Below are positions 1 to 9,013 of a stretch of DNA of 64,000 nucleotides, piece after piece. Origin of the DNA: an uncultured delta proteobacterium (lineage in GTDB: Bacteria > Desulfobacterota > Binatia > UBA9968); assembly GCA_963728565.1 (NCBI GenBank), contig CAVSLC010000001.1, positions 64,001-128,000 of the forward strand. The letters run 5' to 3'. The first letter of the stretch is position 1, and each line of letters begins with the position of its first letter. The notes under the pieces were generated by a model, which did no database searches, was not told where the DNA came from, and saw only the letters and a list, made by a program, of their open reading frames with translations. The position numbers and the translations under genes were made by a program.

Positions 1-1257
1 TACACTGGAGGAGATCTTTCTGACCCGCTCGTCACTGCACCTGCCTCGAACTATAAATTGCCCACTTTTAAGGGCGAGATCATAATCATAGTCGGGCATT
101 TCATCGGATATCTTATGACGATCAGCAACTCCGATGTCGGGTAGCGATCGGGGAAACTCAAGCCGTAAGAGCAACGCCCCGCCTCGATCTTCAACGGTAT
201 AAACATTGCCGTAGCGTCTTTCGCGTTCAAGCTTGTCAACGAAACCGCGAGAGTAAAAACCATCGACGGGAATCGGCAGATTGCGAACCATACCAGTCTG
301 CTTGGCCAACAAAGGTTGCAATAAAATGCCTAGCGGGATGCCGTAAATCGCCGCCGGCAACTTCATCTCTTCTGTAGGCTTGGCGTGAAAGATTCCATCT
401 CTCAACCGATAAATTCCCTCAATTAGCGCTAGGATAATACCAATAAAAACGAATATATTGATGTCTTGACTGAAGAGGACTGCCGGTCCCTTGACCACCG
501 CGGCCAGTACCATCAGCACAATTGGGTATAACACCGCATTATGAAGGATGTTCAGACCCGTGGCGCCGGCAGCACTGAAAACAACAGGATTTTGTACCGC
601 TGACTCCAAGCTTTTCTTCATCTTATGCGGTAACGCGCCGAGCACGGGTTGAGACAATCCGATGAGCAAGCGCTTAATTCGGCTTAACTTTCCACCCCGA
701 AATTGTATTACAAGTTCGTCGAAGTCGTTCGGCAGTTCATTGGGAAAAATCTTTTTGGGCTTGGCTTCTCTCTTGGGCTCGGGCGCGGTTTTTGGCGTTG
801 ATTTAACAACATCGGCCGGAGCGACCGCCGGCTTAACCGCTGTGACAGCAGGAGGCGTCAGTGGCTTCACCGATGGAATTGTCATGGCAGCGGCAGCCGT
901 AACGGGTGCAGAAGGCGGCAGCGCACTTTTCTCAGATGCTTCAACGGCAGGAGCGACCTGAGCTCCATTGCCTTTACGAAATCGTGACTGGAAATCAGCG
1001 CCAAAACTGGTTTCCGGGTGGATCGCTTTGGCCCGAGCAATCAGAACTTCTTCGCTCTCTATATTATTGGGATCGGTTACACAGCAATCGACTGGGCAGA
1101 CAGCCGCGCAGGCTTCGAAATCATGAAACCCAACGCACTCCGTGCATAAAAGCGGGTCGATGACATAAATAGGATCACCCTGACTGATCGCGTTGTTTGG
1201 ACACTCAGGCTCGCAGGCCCCGCAGTTGATACACTCGCTGGTAATCGTCGTCGCCAT
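1..1257 (-). CDS. YfhL-type 2[4Fe-4S] ferredoxin fused to a Pro/Ala/Lys linker, hydrophobic helices and a C-terminal beta domain (partial, runs off window)
   Basis: Manual translation from ATG at 1257 (GGGGAG RBS): MATTITSECINCGACEPECPNNAI...CTECVGFHDFEACAAVCPVDCC. Frame stays open for 419 codons to base 1; absent from the ORF track because no stop lies in the window. Confidence 0.9.
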   Translation of the reverse strand, partial: MATTITSECINCGACEPECPNNAISQGDPIYVIDPLLCTECVGFHDFEACAAVCPVDCCVTDPNNIESEEVLIARAKAIHPETSFGADFQSRFRKGNGAQVAPAVEASEKSALPPSAPVTAAAAMTIPSVKPLTPPAVTAVKPAVAPADVVKSTPKTAPEPKREAKPKKIFPNELPNDFDELVIQFRGGKLSRIKRLLIGLSQPVLGALPHKMKKSLESAVQNPVVFSAAGATGLNILHNAVLYPIVLMVLAAVVKGPAVLFSQDINIFVFIGIILALIEGIYRLRDGIFHAKPTEEMKLPAAIYGIPLGILLQPLLAKQTGMVRNLPIPVDGFYSRGFVDKLERERRYGNVYTVEDRGGALLLRLEFPRSLPDIGVADRHKISDEMPDYDYDLALKSGQFIVRGRCSDERVRKISSSV

Positions 1258-1367
1258 TAAGAAAACTCCCCGATTTTGTTTTTAATTACGTGGTTAGCCT
1301 AGAGTTGTCAATATAAACAGAGACGTTCTTGCATGTAAGAGAAAGATCATGTTAGCTATCGCTTCAA

Positions 1368-1443
1368 GGCGGCGTACCCAAGTGGTTAAGGGAGAGGTCT
1401 GCAAAACCTCGATGCAGCGGTTCGAATCCGCTCGCCGCCTCCA
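1368..1443 (+). tRNA. tRNA-Cys (GCA)
   Basis: Acceptor stem GGCGGCG/CGCCGCC, anticodon arm GAGGT-CTGCAAA-ACCTC, T-loop GTTCGAATC, discriminator U and encoded CCA. Confidence 0.97.
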
Positions 1444-1448
1444 GTGAG
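1413..1448 (+). repeat. att core, copy 1 (3' part of tRNA-Cys)
   Basis: TGCAGCGGTTCGAATCCGCTCGCCGCCTCCAGTGAG, 36 bp identical to 8582-8617. Confidence 0.93.
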
Positions 1449-1600
1449 GATTCATTTTCATTCAACAATCCTAATCCTCGTCCTCGTCTCACTAAAAAAA
1501 TGTTCCGGTTTTGTTCCAACTTCGGCGTCAAAACCGCGTTGATCGCTTCTTTCATTTCCGGTGACACGGTTGCGTTTTGAGACTTCATTCATCGGCCGCT

Positions 1601-2655
1601 TTAAACCGTTCTTCTAACTTGGCCACAGCTTGCGCCTTGTGTTCCGGCGTAAGATGAGAGTAGCCGCAATGTCATGTTGATCTGTTTGTGGCCAAGCAAT
1701 TCTTTCACTGTGACCAAATCAACGCCGGCCATGACGAGATGGGACGCGAAGGTATGCCGAAGGTCATGGAAATGGAAATCTTCGATTCTTGCGGCCTTAC
1801 AGGCTCTTTTAAAGGCATCATAGACGGTAGTCTTGCCGACAGCATCACCCCACGGCCACATGAACAGACGTATCACCGTAGCGGTTGGCTTGAAACCAGT
1901 TAAGCGCCTCGCGCGCTTGCTCATTGATGGCGATGGTCTTTACCGTAGCGTTTTGCTCTGAATAATTGTAATCGATACCACGTTCAAAGCTAACATTATT
2001 CCACTTTGAGCCTTAGCAATTCGCCCTGCCTCATGCCGGTATTAAGTGCCAGCTTCACTAAAGGATGAAGCCAAGGCGAGGTAACGTCAGCTTTGCATTT
2101 CGACAATAAGCTCTGAACTGATCCGGCGGTTAAAAACCGGGTGCGCTTTGAGGTAACCGTAAACCGCTTAAACACCCGTGGCCGGATTGCTCTTTGTTAG
2201 TCTCAATCAAGAGCTTTCTTGAACATGTGCTTTATGACCGTAAAGGTATCGTTTGACTGTGCCTGGCTGTTACCGTTTTTGCCTTTGTCTGATTTCCACT
2301 TCTCGATCTGCCAAGTAGTGATCTGCGCCAAGGGAGTATCGCCGAACAATGACTGCAAACTCTTCGACGATTTATTTTTCCTTGTACCATCCTCGCTTAT
2401 ATCCGCTGGCAAATTCTCGATATCGTTTCGGCTAAGCTTTGAGAAAGGAATCGGCCGGCGCGTTTTCTCCAGATTGAAATGACCGCGGGCCATATCCCGC
2501 AGGCGAGATTTTAACGCCTCCTTCGCCACCTCCCGAGTGAATCCCCGCGACTTTCTGCCCCACCCGCTCTTTGATTTCGGTGCCGTCTACCTGATATCGG
2601 ATGTAGTAAGTTACGTCCCATTCTTGCCCTTGCGCTCGTAGATGCCTTTAGCCAT
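1601..2655 (-). pseudogene. Tyrosine recombinase/integrase, multiply frameshifted
   Basis: Start MAKGIYERKGKNG at 2655; SAM-like fragment 2203-2529; TG(M)RQGE box near 2025-2045; FHFHDLRHTFASHLVMAGVDLVTVKELLGHK in ORF 1601-1924. Confidence 0.9.
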
Positions 2656-2848
2656 GACTAACGCCTTCGTTGTTTGTTTGCATGCTCGGCGATATTGCGC
2701 AGCGCGCCAATTCGACGACTCTAGGAATAATTACCTCTCCGATTTCCCATCGCGTCACGGTTCGGAGATGCACGTTCATTTCTTTAGCGCGGCTCGCCTG
2801 GGTATGACCCGCTTTAGCGCGAAGCTGCTTGAACTCATCCTTTGTCAT
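2648..2848 (-). CDS. XRE/Cro-type HTH transcriptional regulator
   Basis: KQLRAKAGHTQ...VHLRTVTRWEIGE HTH signature; its 3' end overlaps the integrase ATG. Confidence 0.8.
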   Translation of the reverse strand: MTKDEFKQLRAKAGHTQASRAKEMNVHLRTVTRWEIGEVIIPRVVELARCAISPSMQTNNEGVSHG

Positions 2849-2850
2849 AC

Positions 2851-2879
2851 AGCCAATATGGCATTATGCCTACTAGGCA
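2851..2879. promoter_or_regulatory. Tandem operator-like palindromes (T/A)GCC-N5-GGCA
   Basis: AGCCAATATGGCA (2851-2863) and TGCCTACTAGGCA (2867-2879) directly upstream of the XRE ATG. Confidence 0.6.
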
Positions 2880-3139
2880 ACCGCAGAAATTATAGCTGGC
2901 TTGCTTGGATCGGTGCTGAGACTCGAAAAGCTCTCCAGGTCGTTTCTCTTGACCAATACGCGGCGGCCGACTTTTTGCGCTTGTAATTCACGCCGGCGGA
3001 TCAGCAAACGAAAAGTTGAAGTGCCAAGCCTCGAGGCTTCCGCCGCCTGTCTAATGGTGAGAAAGGCGGTTGCTGGAGACGCCTTTTGATTGAAGCTAAT
3101 CGGATCACGACCCATGGCCTCCTGCACTGCCTCCATCAC
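2873..3139 (-). CDS. Excisionase-like (HTH_17) DNA-binding protein
   Basis: FLTIRQAAEASRLGTSTFRLLIRRRELQAQKVGRRVLVKRNDLESF matches the Xis/HTH_17 pattern. Confidence 0.8.
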   Translation of the reverse strand: MMEAVQEAMGRDPISFNQKASPATAFLTIRQAAEASRLGTSTFRLLIRRRELQAQKVGRRVLVKRNDLESFSSLSTDPSKPAIISAVA

Positions 3140-3346
3140 AAATCGGCTTGATGATTGCAGCCAATGATTCGACTAAAACCAAACCAGCTCATTGATCGGC
3201 CTTATCACTTTGCCTTCCTCATCCGGCCCTTTTCCTCGTCGCTGCTCAAAGTAAGCCGTCAAAATCAGCTCCCGCCACTCCGCAACATAGCCATCACTTC
3301 GGACAAGCGTGCTGGCCCTAAGGCGTCGATTTGGTCTTCAAGGTTC

Positions 3347-3674
3347 CTAATCTGCCCGTAAGGCCACTGATCGGTCTCCTTGAGAAGCCGGCAGTCGAAA
3401 TCGGGCTCTCAACACAAGCCGTTCATGGAACCTGTGAAAATCGGAATACCACTCTCGTGGTGAAACAATCGGATCTTTATCTCCTAATGGCTTTTCAATC
3501 GCTTCTAGGCTCGCCTCTATGGAATCAGTTTTATGCTTTGAGGATTTGCGACAGCGACAGTTGCGGTTTTTGCGACAGTCTCTGCTCTGAGTGGAGGTTT
3601 GTCGCAGCTGTCGCTGTTGTCGCAGTCGCAGCCGTGCCATGCGGCCGTTTTCGAATAAGCGGCGATAAAGTCAT
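3347..3674 (-). pseudogene. Prophage-island hypothetical protein with ATxATxAT/TVAxxATVAV repeats, frameshifted
   Basis: ATG at 3674 gives MTLSPLIRKRPHGTAATATTATAAT; a shifted frame reads ETVAKTATVAVANP; the downstream part lies in ORF 3347-3640. Confidence 0.5.
3548..3629. repeat. Oppositely oriented GCGACA/TGTCGC hexamer repeats (iteron-like)
   Basis: GCGACA at 3548, 3554, 3572; TGTCGC at 3600, 3609, 3618; AGTCGC at 3624. Confidence 0.7.
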
Positions 3675-3872
3675 AGCTTATTCCCTTCGAGGAGAGCTGG
3701 ATTTACAAGAATCGCTTTTCGGCCATCTTCATCCAACAGCCGCACGGCCTTTGACTCAACCGATGAAGCGCCTTTACGGAGTGGACACCAGATGGACACT
3801 TACGTCGTTCAAAGTTCTGCGGCTTGAGAAATGACAAAGACGCGCATCCGTGGTTCGGGAGGGATTATCGAC

Positions 3873-4253
3873 TCAGCGATTAGGGGATGAAAACTCGCGC
3901 TTGCGCTTTATGGCCTCACTGCAACATTTAACTAGCAGTTCGCAAAAGCGTTCGCCCGTTGACTTACCCATGGCCTTGAGTTGATTTTCAAAACCGCCGA
4001 AGATTAGCCGCGCTGCATCAAGTTCGCTGATCGAAGACTGTTTGAAGTCCGGGTCTCTGGCCTCGGTACCAGGGATAATCCGAAGTTTTCCGGTGCGAAT
4101 GGCGGCCTGTTCATTCAACGAGCGCAGCCAATACGCGCAAATCTCATTCTCACGGTTTGAAAGCATCGCCCGTTGTAGTGCTTCAAGCTCTTTATCGTCA
4201 AGCCAGGCGAGATCGAAAACGTTAGGATCAACTCTTTGGAATCGTTGTTTCAT
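3873..4253 (-). CDS. Hypothetical protein (island)
   Basis: 126-aa ORF, ATG start, helical protein-like composition, co-oriented with neighbours. Confidence 0.65.
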   Translation of the reverse strand: MKQRFQRVDPNVFDLAWLDDKELEALQRAMLSNRENEICAYWLRSLNEQAAIRTGKLRIIPGTEARDPDFKQSSISELDAARLIFGGFENQLKAMGKSTGERFCELLVKCCSEAIKRKREFSSPNR

Positions 4254-4287
4254 GATCTACAACCTGTTGTCCCTGATCAGGGACGGT

Positions 4288-4507
4288 TCAGACCTCCTGC
4301 AGATAAGCGCGATTTCGCTTGATAGCCCCGTAGATGTCACCAAACTTAGCGAACTTAAATCTCTTGCCGTCTTTCCTACGGAATAACAGATATACGCTGC
4401 TACCACCGCAAAGCTTACCCTCGTCATCATACATATCGAACTCGTCTTCAGAGTTCCTGACACTCCACCTCAAGTACTCTATGAGCGGGAATTTCTAGCC
4501 ACTTCAT
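4288..4507 (-). pseudogene. Small hypothetical protein, one frameshift
   Basis: MKWLEIPAHRVLEVECQE (ATG 4507) continues in another frame as SEDEFDMYDDEGKLCGG...RAYLQEV. Confidence 0.45.
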
Positions 4508-4545
4508 GAAGTCCCGTCCTTCGGGCTTATACGCGACTACTGTCT

Positions 4546-4719
4546 TCAGGTGCTGGTGTGAAGATGCAGTCGTGCATAATCGTATGTCTTCTCCCACATA
4601 CGGGTGACTTCCGCCTCGGTGATGTACCCCATGATCCATATAAAGAGAACAACTAGAATTATAAGGATTGCTTCACTCTTTAATAGCCGAACCGAGTCTT
4701 CGATCATCAAGAGTTTCAT
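4546..4719 (-). CDS. 57-aa single-pass membrane peptide (hypothetical)
   Basis: Manual translation MKLLMIEDSVRLLKSEAILIILVVLFIWIMGYITEAEVTRMWEKTYDYARLHLHTST; below the ORF-track cutoff. Confidence 0.35.
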   Translation of the reverse strand: MKLLMIEDSVRLLKSEAILIILVVLFIWIMGYITEAEVTRMWEKTYDYARLHLHTST

Positions 4720-5311
4720 TCGACCTGCCGGTCCAGTTGTCGCTACAGACTCCCCAAAACCAGTGGCGCGGGGAAGCGAAGAAGATCCATGGTGTCGTTA
4801 CAAGCTGCGCTTCTTCGCCCCCGCTGACGCCGCACTCTGAGCAAGGGTTATGCCCCCCTCAACTTTCATCAGGCCAGCTACGAGTTTGAAGCGTTTCGCG
4901 AGTTACGCGTGGCTCTGTCTGGCCACATTCGGCGGCAGCTTTGCCTGCTAAACCGACGGCGGATAATGATCGGGTTTATTTGTCAGCCGCTTCGGTTAAA
5001 AGACGTGATCATTTCCGAAGCAATAGTAATCCACAGCCGGCATGCTCCATGCTGTAGGGGGCCAAGTTGATAATTTTCGGCCAATCACCCGAGGATCTTA
5101 ACGCAGGTAACCGAAGCATTTGAAGTTGATAGTCAGAGAAATACTAAAGACGCTCCGGCTCGATTTATATCAACCGAGACGGCTTCGTGACTATGCGCTT
5201 GCCGTGGCTAAAGAAGCTTTATTCTTGGACCTACAAACTCTGAGATCTCTTACATTGGTCATACCGCTTAATGAGAACGACGTCCCGCGAAGAGCATAAG
5301 GAAGGGCAGCG

Positions 5312-5770
5312 ATGGAGTGTCTATACCGCCAGCATCTTATTCTTCCGGTAGCTTTCTTCGATTCGGCTATCGGCGATTGGACAGCTAGTGTTCACATCGA
5401 GTTCACTGAAAAACTCAAAATTTATACGGTCGTTTTAAAGTTCGGCGATGCCTTTCAGACTGAAGTGCAAGCTAAGCGGTTTACCATTAAAGAAGCCAAA
5501 CAATGGGTGGATGATAGACTTCGCGGTGCACTGCTGGTGAAGCCTAATCGTAAACACGTCTCATCAGCTATATCCAGGAGTAAACAAGCACTGTATTGGA
5601 TCTGTAGACAATGCAAAAACAATAGACATGATCTCTGCCTCAAAATTTCGACGAGTCGCGCCGGCAGTGACGTCAAGATCCGATGCTGGTGCAGCTTGCA
5701 CCCGACACACGAGTCACGCCTACACGACAAATCACCAGCGCAGATGGTGAATCCACGCAAAGCGCGGTGA
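5312..5770 (+). CDS. Hypothetical protein with Cys/His-rich C-terminus
   Basis: 152-aa ORF with AGGAAGG RBS-like sequence; CxxC...HxxC...CxCxxH residues. Confidence 0.5.
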   Translation: MECLYRQHLILPVAFFDSAIGDWTASVHIEFTEKLKIYTVVLKFGDAFQTEVQAKRFTIKEAKQWVDDRLRGALLVKPNRKHVSSAISRSKQALYWICRQCKNNRHDLCLKISTSRAGSDVKIRCWCSLHPTHESRLHDKSPAQMVNPRKAR

Positions 5771-6466
5771 TCACAATGAGCAGCACACTAACGGCGACAT
5801 CGCAGAATAACATTAAGATAAAAAAACGGCTGACAACGTTCGCCCTGGTCATAGCTCTCATGACTGGGAGCGTGGCACAACTGGCGGTGCTACTATACCG
5901 AGGTGCCCGTATAATTGTGGTAAGTAGCTTGAGCTTTGCCGGGGAGAATGGCTTGGTTGCTTGGGAGCAAGACAGGTTTCAGCAACAAACAATCAAAACC
6001 GCGATGCAGTAGCCATCAACCGTGTATCGGTACGCGATTCCGCGCTGGCAAAACTCATGCGCGGCTTATCCGAACGTCTTCGCATGTAATCGACTCAGTA
6101 CCCGGCCAGCGGACATCGCGACTGTGCTTGCCCCGTTCCCATCTGAACAGATTTAGGCACATGACGTATAACCGCTGGTCAATAAGCCAGAGTAGGACAG
6201 CGCGGAGTGCATTCAGCCTACGCTACATCCGCAGGGGTCGCCTTTTGTAGCTTAGATTCACCCGCCGGTCCCGTACACCGCACGTTTAACCGAGCAGCCT
6301 TTGACTCGCAGTCTTCTAGGCGTATATAGCTGCGCCACGAATGCAATCGAAAACCTTCTATGGGCAACAGTGGTCCTCGTGCTAAACCGCGCCATCCAAA
6401 TCCGGGAGCGGTCAAGGCATTGACTTCGTGCGCTGCCGTTCTGCGGCAGACACCTGTACGTAATCA

Positions 6467-7169
6467 GTGGCCGACATCTTCAACGCATGCACTGACCGTG
6501 AAACTTACATCGAGGAGTACCGGCTCAGCGCGGACCAACTCTGCTGCAAAATCTTCCGTGTAAATCATAGTTCCCAATTCGACTACCGTGCGCACAGCAG
6601 GCGGGAGTGGATCGCTGCGATGAAGGCGGTCTACAAGCAGCACGGCAACGTCTATGCAGGATTTCCGCAAAAGCACTATCCAAATCTCTATCTAGAAGCG
6701 CTTTGGCTAAACAGTGGAGACGGGATGCGGCTCTCCGTGTACTGGGATTCACACCGGAACGGATGCGGCTACGAACGTATTGGGAGGCCGAAAGAGTTGT
6801 CACCAAGATACATTTCTTACGGAAAAAAGGCGTACCGCTCTATCCGGCATATGTCCCAAAACATTACGCTGGACTGTTCTCCGCAGCTCTACGCATATTT
6901 GGGTCTTGGCAAACGCACTACTTGTCGCCGGTCTCGAAGTTCCTGACAGCCCGCATGATGGCCGTCGCGGAGTTTTACGGGCACTGCGTGATGCTTTGGA
7001 ACAGCATTCGGGAATGATCGCGGCGCTTCCGGTCCTGACCACTTCCAGAGAAGCTGAAACTGCACACGATTTACTACTTCGGTAGCTTGAGGAATGAGAA
7101 AGCGCGTTGAAGAAAGACCGAAGATTCCGGGCCGGATGGAGCACAACGAAGATAATTGCCGGCATTCGT
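6467..7169 (+). pseudogene. Helical repeat protein resembling homing-endonuclease-associated repeats, frameshifted
   Basis: Repeated units across frames: YPNLYLEA..W..DAALRVLGF, W..ERVVTKIH..YAGLFSAALRIFGSW, WSTTKIIAGIR. Confidence 0.55.
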
Positions 7170-7980
7170 GGCTTACGCGATTTGGGCTGGATCGAAGGAC
7201 AGAACATCACTATTGAACACCGGTACGCGAACAGGAGCTACACTCGTCTTGCAGAAATAGCAGCCGAGTCAGCCCGTCTTAACGTCGATGCTATCGTTGT
7301 GTGCGACTCGGTAGGAATCCGCCCTAGCTCGCAAGCAACGAAAACGATCCCATCGTGATAGTGGTTAGTGGCGATCCAGTTGCAGACGGCGTGATCGATA
7401 GTCTGGCACGGCCCGGCGGTAACATTACCGGCCTGACCAATATCTCACCGCAATTAGCGGGTAAGCGGCTGGAGCTGCTTAAAGACGCAGTTCCAGAAGC
7501 TTCAACGGTGGCGTACTCGGACCGGCTGATCATATGGATTGGAAAGAGCTTCAATTTGCCGCACAGCAGTTGGGAGTCAGGCTTCACACGCTTCAGGTCC
7601 AAAAAGCTGATGCGTTTGATCAGCCCTTCAAAGCCGCAATGCAGGACGTTCTAAAGCACTTATCGTGTTACCACATGCTATTACGAATTATAGTCGAGAA
7701 GACATTGTAACACTTGCGGCCAAGCACCGTCTCCCGACGATGCATGGCGTCAGTGTGTATGTGATCAGTGGCGGCCTCATTCCTATGGACCGCACCTTCC
7801 CGCGTTGCATTATCGCGCCGCTTACTATGTAGATAGGATTCTAAAGGTAACAAAACCCGCAGACTTGCCTGTGGAGCAGCCAACAAAGTTCGAGTGCTGA
7901 TCAATTTGAAAACCGCAAAGCAGATCGGCCTCACGATCCCTCCGAACGTACTGGCGCGGGCGGACAGAGTCATCGAATAG
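7170..7980 (+). pseudogene. ABC transporter substrate-binding protein (ABC_sub_bind type), N-terminally truncated and frameshifted
   Basis: GLRDLGWIEGQNITIEHRYA; GDPVADGVIDSLARPGGNITGLT; C-terminal PVEQPTKF..INLKTAKQIGLTIPPNVLARADRVIE*. Confidence 0.85.
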
Positions 7981-7988
7981 GAGTCATA

Positions 7989-8178
7989 ATGGCACAACTC
8001 GAAAACGGCAACCCCGTATCTCTGGAAGAACTTGTGGTAACCACCCCTGGCGATGACGGACGCACTCGCCAAGCTACTAATAGAGAAGTGCGTCATCACA
8101 GACGCATAGTTTAAGCAGAATCTGATGGAAGAACGTGCGGTATATCAGCACATTTTGAACCCTAGACACAGTAACTAG
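7989..8178 (+). pseudogene. Small hypothetical protein pseudogene
   Basis: AGGAG RBS; MAQLENGNPVSLEELVVT, then shifted LAMTDALAKLLIEKCVITDA*FKQNLMEERAVYQ with in-frame TAG at 8107-8109. Confidence 0.55.
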
Positions 8179-8581
8179 ACGCATATTGCGATGTCACAAT
8201 CAGTAAAGCTCACGGTGTTCGTGCTCGCGTTTAAATGTCATCGGCTTTGCCGTCCCAATAATAATGGGGAGCAACCACGCGAGCCCCAAACCACGCAATA
8301 GGTATCCTCACGCAATAGGTAGCCATTGGACGCGGTGCGCTGAGTCGGCGGGTTTTATGATCGCCAAGCTAATGACGTTGTGGAGACCGCTTTTTGGTTT
8401 TCCGTAACGTGAGGGTAGTACCATTAGAGAATGCCCATACCGGGGGTGTGCCAACATCCTTTGAAAAAAACGTTCCAACTTTGGGTAGCAAACCATAGCA
8501 CTCGGCAACATTCCCAAACGAAAAAAGCCCGGTCTCCCAGGCTTTTCTTACCACTTCGTGTTCTTAGGCTTAGCGCCTCGG

Positions 8582-8617
8582 TGCAGCGGTTCGAATCCGC
8601 TCGCCGCCTCCAGTGAG
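8582..8617 (+). repeat. att core, copy 2 (displaced tRNA-Cys 3' fragment)
   Basis: Identical to 1413-1448; match extends to 42 bp with one mismatch (CCTCG upstream). Confidence 0.93.
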
Positions 8618-8674
8618 AAATATCAGTTTTCCCTTAAGCTTGTCTGCCTCCGTGCCGTCGGCTCACTCCGTCGA

Positions 8675-8944
8675 TCACGAAGTGCCCGGCGTTTCGTTCA
8701 ACAGTTTATCCAATTCACCAGAGGTCTCCAAACTCAGCACATCGTCGTATCCGCCGATTGGCTTACCGTTGATAAATATTTGAGGGACAGTTCTCCGGCC
8801 TGATAAACGCTCCATATCGAGTCTGAGCTTTGGCTCTTCGGAGACATCTATTTCGGTGAAATCGACCTTCTTTGCGGCAAACAACGACTTCGCTGCCCGA
8901 CAATACGGACACCAGCTGGTTGTATACATGACCACTTGTGGCAT
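8675..8944 (-). CDS. grxC: Glutaredoxin 3
   Basis: CPYC active site, TVPQIFI, GGYDD motifs. Confidence 0.95.
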   Translation of the reverse strand: MPQVVMYTTSWCPYCRAAKSLFAAKKVDFTEIDVSEEPKLRLDMERLSGRRTVPQIFINGKPIGGYDDVLSLETSGELDKLLNETPGTS

Positions 8945-9013
8945 AAACTCCTCCCCTGAAATCCGATTCGGCTGTTCGTTGCAACCCCACGTCTATTTTG
9001 CCATTACTGTTGC

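Larger units (their letters stand above)
1449..8617. mobile_element. Decayed integrative element (satellite/prophage remnant) inserted in tRNA-Cys
   Basis: Bounded by the 36-bp tRNA 3'-end duplication; tyrosine integrase next to the tRNA; Xis-like and XRE HTH genes; short hypothetical and broken ORFs. Confidence 0.9.

Noticed and set aside
662-1163. Plus-strand ORFs 662-961 and 906-1163 (also minus 51-263)
   Set aside because: Antisense or alternate-frame shadows of the ferredoxin fusion gene.
1364-1588. 74-aa minus-strand ORF
   Set aside because: Runs antisense through the tRNA and att site; not a credible protein.
6241-6310. Possible group II intron domain V/VI
   Set aside because: No convincing D5 stem with a catalytic triad on either strand, and no reverse transcriptase.
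8576-8617. Second tRNA gene
   Set aside because: Only the T-arm and 3' acceptor strand are present; it is the att duplication.
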